From the IMG/VR virus record IMGVR_UViG_3300048576_000459, positions 1 through 39,194 of that record: a DNA stretch of 39,194 nucleotides; one strand, given 5' to 3'. Each line of letters opens with the position of its first letter. The stretch's first letter is position 1. The notes beneath the pieces are model-generated. The model saw only the letters and a list, made by a program, of their open reading frames with translations. It had not been told where the DNA came from and ran no database searches. This DNA comes from a virus. Lineage: Duplodnaviria > Caudoviricetes. The position numbers and the translations under genes were made by a program. Positions 35,434 through 39,194 of this stretch are shown here, one piece after another.

Positions 35434-35796
35434 CTATTCTAATAATTCAATTTTCTCTAGTACTACAGTCTCGCATATTATGTCCTGCTCCATGTACTCT
35501 CTGCTTGGTTCATCCCATTCATAAATATTTGCTTTTAGTTTTCCATCCTTGTCCTTATATAAGATAAATGGACACTTTCTACAAATAATTTCTTCAATCA
35601 GTTTATACTTGTCTTCCCTTAATTCACTTACCAAATGCGAAAATTCACTTTTGTCTACTATTTCATAAGCTTCTTTAATTGTTTCTCTTACCAAATTATT
35701 AAACTCTTCCAGCGCTCTACTATAGTTAGTTGCAAATATTTCTGTATCTCCTTCATATCCCATACAATCCACTACATAAACCTTAAATATATTCAC
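35434..35796 (-). CDS. Hypothetical protein
   Basis: AAGGAGAGG RBS favours the GTG at 35796 over 35832. Confidence 0.7.
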   Translation of the reverse strand: MNIFKVYVVDCMGYEGDTEIFATNYSRALEEFNNLVRETIKEAYEIVDKSEFSHLVSELREDKYKLIEEIICRKCPFILYKDKDGKLKANIYEWDEPSREYMEQDIICETVVLEKIELLE

Positions 35797-35864
35797 ATTA
35801 CCTCTCCTTTTATTTATAAATTCTTTCAGCATACGGTAAAGTATTGTTGAAAGGAGGTGCTTTC

Positions 35865-36065
35865 ATGAGCGATTTTCAAAAGCAACTTATCTCTGACCTT
35901 GCTAAAAAATATACATTTGAAACATTTAATTTTTCAGACAAATCTCCTGAAGATTTATTAACTGCTTACCAAGAAACTTTTGATAAAATTTCAAAAGTAA
36001 TTGATGAACAAAATTCTGAAATTGAAAGAGAATGTACGACTTCTTGGTTAAATTCACAAAATTAA
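35865..36065 (+). CDS. Small acidic protein on the strand opposite the early operon
   Basis: AAAGGAGGTG RBS before the ATG at 35865; stop overlaps the convergent gene. Confidence 0.75.
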   Translation: MSDFQKQLISDLAKKYTFETFNFSDKSPEDLLTAYQETFDKISKVIDEQNSEIERECTTSWLNSQN

Positions 36066-36310
36066 TTTACTTTTGTAAGTCTTAAAATTTCTATGCAGAA
36101 TTTAAGAATTGCTGTTGCTCTGTGTATAGTAATTGAATTTCCCTTAAATTCATTAATTATATTTTTCGCAATAGACTCTTCTACTGAATTTTGTATTGAA
36201 ATTCCATTGTAATTAATGCAATTTATTGTATTTATTACTGCTTTCATTTCTTTTGAAACAGACTGCTCTTGAACTGGTACTTCAGGAGCAGTTTCTTTTT
36301 TCTTTGCCAC
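36062..36310 (-). CDS. Hypothetical protein
   Basis: AAGGAGGGGAG RBS; GTG start overlaps the abrB stop. Confidence 0.72.
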   Translation of the reverse strand: MAKKKETAPEVPVQEQSVSKEMKAVINTINCINYNGISIQNSVEESIAKNIINEFKGNSITIHRATAILKFCIEILRLTKVN

Positions 36311-36555
36311 TATCTCCCCTCCTTAATATCTTTCATGCAACTTTTGCATATGTTCTTACCCTTGAAATTGACTACGTTACCTGCTTCTCCACAGAATACA
36401 CAGCTTGGCTCATATTTCTTTAATATGATTTCTTCACCTTCTACATAGATTTCTAAAGAATCTTTTTCTGCTACATTTAATGTTCTTCTAGTTTCTATTG
36501 GGATAACTATTCTCCCTAAATCGTCCACTCTTCTTACTACTCCTGTACTTTTCAT
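36310..36555 (-). CDS. abrB: AbrB-family transition-state regulator (clostridial type with C-terminal CxxC pairs)
   Basis: MKSTGVVRRVDDLGRIVIPIETRRTL...LEIYVEGEEIILKKY..SCVFCG...ICKSC. Confidence 0.93.
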   Translation of the reverse strand: MKSTGVVRRVDDLGRIVIPIETRRTLNVAEKDSLEIYVEGEEIILKKYEPSCVFCGEAGNVVNFKGKNICKSCMKDIKEGR

Positions 36556-36677
36556 TTCCTTTTCCTCCTCTAAATTTATTCCTTGTTGTAATACATCTAC
36601 TTAGAATCACCGTAGTATGATTTTGTGGTGAAGCTTGTACATTAATTGTTTTTTAAGTTTAAAATTACCGAATGTAA

Positions 36678-36794
36678 TCACTTTCTATTCCCACAAACTA
36701 TATCTGCTGCTTCTTTTCTTCTGTCTTCCCCATTGCAAGTACTGACTACATACACTTTTCTTTTACCTTCAATGCAAGCCACATGTATTTTCAT
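36678..36794 (-). CDS. Unannotated 38-aa protein MKIHVACIEGKRKVYVVSTCNGEDRRKEAADIVCGNRK
   Basis: Hand translation; GAGGGGAG RBS within the end of cro; N-terminus similar to ORF 461-532. Confidence 0.7.
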   Translation of the reverse strand: MKIHVACIEGKRKVYVVSTCNGEDRRKEAADIVCGNRK

Positions 36795-36999
36795 TCAATT
36801 CTCTCCCCTCCGAAATTATTTTTTGAAGTTCGTCTAAGGACATATCAAGTCCCTTGGCAATCTTAACAGCCGTAGAAAGCTTAATGTCTTTTCTTGTGCC
36901 GTTAATGAATTGACTTAAAGTTGAATCTGCAATTCCAGCCTTTTTACAAAGTTCTCCGCTAGCTATATTTTCCTCTTGTAAATACTTTTTTAAACCCAT
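36769..36999 (-). CDS. Cro-like XRE HTH regulator
   Basis: ELCKKAGIADSTLSQFING..KDIKLSTAVKIAKGL; divergent from cI; AAAGGAGGG RBS. Confidence 0.88.
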   Translation of the reverse strand: MGLKKYLQEENIASGELCKKAGIADSTLSQFINGTRKDIKLSTAVKIAKGLDMSLDELQKIISEGRELNENTCGLH

Positions 37000-37014
37000 T
37001 TTGCCCTCCTTTCT

Positions 37015-37198
37015 TTCACATTTGTGAATAACTTACTTTTATTTTATTCTCATTCGTGAAAGCGTGCAACCTTCAATTTTCCCTATTATGTTACATTAGC
37101 ATTGTTTTTCTAGGTTTTATTTTGCTTTTATACGTTTTGCTTTTCCGTTCACATTCGTGAAAATATTTTAGTATTTCTGTTTACTTTCGTTTCGTGAA
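37015..37198. promoter_or_regulatory. Four operator-like sites TTCAC-N4-GTGAA in the genetic switch
   Basis: 37015 TTCACATTTGTGAA; 37047 TTCTCATTCGTGAA; 37148 TTCACATTCGTGAA; 37185 TTTCGTTTCGTGAA. Confidence 0.8.
37041..37069 (-). promoter_or_regulatory. Early lytic (cro) promoter
   Basis: TTGCAC-17 bp-TAAAAT with operator 2 in the spacer. Confidence 0.75.
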
Positions 37199-37208
37199 AG
37201 GATATAAT
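37180..37208 (+). promoter_or_regulatory. cI/integrase promoter
   Basis: TTTACT-17 bp-TATAAT with degenerate operator 4 in the spacer. Confidence 0.65.
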
Positions 37209-37236
37209 ATCAATAGAAATAGGAACTACGCTTATT

Positions 37237-37268
37237 AAGTAAATTTTGAAAAGAAGTAAATTTTGAAA
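37237..37268 (+). repeat. 15-bp direct repeat in the cI leader
   Basis: AAGTAAATTTTGAAA at 37237-37251 and 37254-37268. Confidence 0.85.
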
Positions 37269-37284
37269 GAGGTAAATATTAAAT

Positions 37285-37647
37285 ATGAGTATTATAGGAG
37301 AAAACATTAAAAAATTAAGAACTGAAAAAGGATATAGTATGAATGAACTTGCTAATTTATCAGGAAAAGGGGTTTCGACTATAAGTCAGATTGAATCTGG
37401 CAAAAGGAAAAACTTATCAGGTGAAACAATTAGTGCAATTGCAGCCGCTTTAGAAACAACCCCAGATGGGTTAATGTCTGTTGCCGATGGAGTACATGAA
37501 GTAACTGATTTACTAGATATTATAAAGTACATTTTAGAGGATGAAGAAGTAAGTATTAATGATGTAACTATGACTAAAGAGGAAAAAAACCAATTCTGTT
37601 TTGCTGCGGAAGTTGCAATGAATACAATTATAGCTAATAGGAAGTGA
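37285..37647 (+). CDS. CI/ImmR-like XRE repressor
   Basis: IGENIKKLRTEKGYSMNELANLSGKGVSTISQIESG; short acidic C-terminal domain with no S24 peptidase. Confidence 0.9.
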   Translation: MSIIGENIKKLRTEKGYSMNELANLSGKGVSTISQIESGKRKNLSGETISAIAAALETTPDGLMSVADGVHEVTDLLDIIKYILEDEEVSINDVTMTKEEKNQFCFAAEVAMNTIIANRK

Positions 37648-39194
37648 TTTACATGAAAAAACGAGTAGCTATTTACTGTAGAGTTAGTAGTGATGACCAA
37701 AAAGAACGAGAAACTATTGAAAATCAAGTTGACATTTTGAGAACATATGTTGAAATGAAAGAGGATCTAGAAATATATAACGAATATCTCGATGACGGCG
37801 TAAGTGGAACTATTGCTTTCGAAGATAGAAAAGGTGGCAGTTTAACTCTTAATGATGCTCAAAACGGTTTATTTGATATTGTCTTAGTATATAAAGTTGA
37901 TCGTTTTGGCAGAGACACCTTGAGTGGACTACAAGCTGTAGAAAAAATTAGAAAGTATAATGTTGAAATAGTTTCTCTAACTGAACCTTTTGATCTAAAT
38001 ACTCCGGTTGGAAGATATCAATTTATTAACTATCTAAACATGGCAGAGCTTGAAAGAAATAATATATTAGATAGAATGTTTTTAGGAGCAACCAGAGCTG
38101 CTAAACAAGGTCGTTGGCTAGGTGGTATAGTTCCTTACGGTTATTACGTCGACAAAAAGCATTTTTTGCAAATAAATGAATATGAAGCAAACGTAGTAAG
38201 AAAGATTTATGATATGTATGTAAATGATAGAATGACAGTGCTTGACATAACAGTATATTTAAATAGCGTTAACATTCCTTGCAACTATGCTGCACGTGGA
38301 ACTGGCAAAAGGAACGCTGGTGAAAAGAAAAGTCTTTGGTCGCCAACCACAGTACAAAGAATACTTACATCCACCACATACATGGGAATACACGAATATG
38401 GTAAACGTTCTACTAAAAGAAAAGAAACAATAGTAAGAGAAGTTCCTCAAATAATACCGATAGAAATATTTGAGCAAACTAAACAAATAAAAAAAGAGAA
38501 TACTAGAATATTGAAAAAGAATAGTCCTAACAGAGAATTTTTACTTAGGACATTATTAAAGTGTGCTGATTGTGGTAAAACTTATTACGGGATTTTTTAC
38601 AGAAAAAGTCCAAGTGTTTATTCTTGCAGTGGTAAAAACCACTTAAACAAAAAATTGTATAATATTAAATGTAATAACGTTAACCTAAATGCTGAAGATA
38701 TAGAAGAACATATATGGGGAATGTGTAAAAAAATACTTATGAATTTTGATGAATACACTATAGATTCTTCTTCTAACGACGAAAGAACATCTATTGGGAA
38801 TGAATTGAGAGCACTAAATGAAAAGATAAACACATTTGAAGATGAAAAATCCAACATTTTAAAATTATACAGAAAAAAAATAATAGGTGATAAGGAAGTT
38901 GAAGAGCAACTAGAAGATATAAAAAAAGAACATGATAAAGTGCGGAATTTAGTTCTAATAACTAAGAATAAATTAAATTCTCTAGATGATAAAGATTCAA
39001 TTATAACCGAGTTTAAAAGTAAATTTGATTTTTATAAAGAAAAAATTGAGAATTTATCTACAGAGGAAAAAATGCAAGTAATTAGAATGCTAATTAGGCA
39101 GATTACTGTAATTCCTAAAATTGAAGATTGCAAAAAAATTGGCGTCTTACATATAGATTTCAATTTATCTGACTTAATATTCGCAAGGACATAA
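37644..39194 (+). CDS. Large serine recombinase (integrase)
   Basis: YCRVSS catalytic motif, DRFGR, GGIVPYGY recombinase domain, CADCG..YSC..C zinc ribbon, coiled coil; start at GTG 37644 or ATG 37653. Confidence 0.96.
   Translation: MIYMKKRVAIYCRVSSDDQKERETIENQVDILRTYVEMKEDLEIYNEYLDDGVSGTIAFEDRKGGSLTLNDAQNGLFDIVLVYKVDRFGRDTLSGLQAVEKIRKYNVEIVSLTEPFDLNTPVGRYQFINYLNMAELERNNILDRMFLGATRAAKQGRWLGGIVPYGYYVDKKHFLQINEYEANVVRKIYDMYVNDRMTVLDITVYLNSVNIPCNYAARGTGKRNAGEKKSLWSPTTVQRILTSTTYMGIHEYGKRSTKRKETIVREVPQIIPIEIFEQTKQIKKENTRILKKNSPNREFLLRTLLKCADCGKTYYGIFYRKSPSVYSCSGKNHLNKKLYNIKCNNVNLNAEDIEEHIWGMCKKILMNFDEYTIDSSSNDERTSIGNELRALNEKINTFEDEKSNILKLYRKKIIGDKEVEEQLEDIKKEHDKVRNLVLITKNKLNSLDDKDSIITEFKSKFDFYKEKIENLSTEEKMQVIRMLIRQITVIPKIEDCKKIGVLHIDFNLSDLIFART

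Larger units (their letters stand above)
1..39194. mobile_element. Temperate siphovirus prophage (Clostridium-like host) with large serine recombinase
   Basis: Full ordered gene set: integrase, cI/cro, early genes, packaging, head, tail, lysis and accessory genes. No sheath gene seen. att sites not visible because the window starts and ends at gene boundaries. Confidence 0.95.

Noticed and set aside
16584-38857. Remaining short opposite-strand or overlapping ORFs in the track (e.g. 17017, 18153, 20535, 24773, 26125, 29521, 31178, 35635, 36646, 37386, 38259, 38618)
   Set aside because: Shadows of real genes without independent translation signals
1-39194. CRISPR array, tRNA, IS element or intron
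   Set aside because: No regularly spaced repeat-spacer array, cloverleaf, transposase or interrupted core gene recognised by eye
39150-39194. attR at the end of the integrase gene
   Set aside because: No flanking sequence, and serine integrase cores are too short to call from this window

Overview
This window is an apparently complete, very AT-rich temperate siphovirus prophage of a Clostridium-like host. Read right to left it has: a large serine recombinase and cI/cro switch; an early module (AbrB-like, HNH-like, HUH Rep-like, PcfK/PcfJ, DUF3102, orphan methyltransferase, DUF4406, YopX); a RinA-like late activator; packaging genes (two different TerS genes, HNH, TerL); an HK97-type head; a tail; a lysis cassette; and left-end accessory genes. 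The att sites are not visible. The most notable feature is an arbitrium-like peptide communication cassette at the left end. It consists of an HTH-TPR (RRNPP-type) receptor (991-2259), an unannotated 52-aa secreted pro-peptide ending in VNDPDGW (721-879), a terminator, and an unannotated 23-aa ORF (461-532) with its own near-consensus promoter. That 23-aa ORF aligns without gaps to another unannotated mini-gene directly behind cro (36678-36794), which suggests a link from peptide signal to genetic switch. A second highlight is a plasmid-like replication unit: an HUH Rep with a candidate antisense RNA in its leader. All family assignments come from motif recognition by eye, not database searches.
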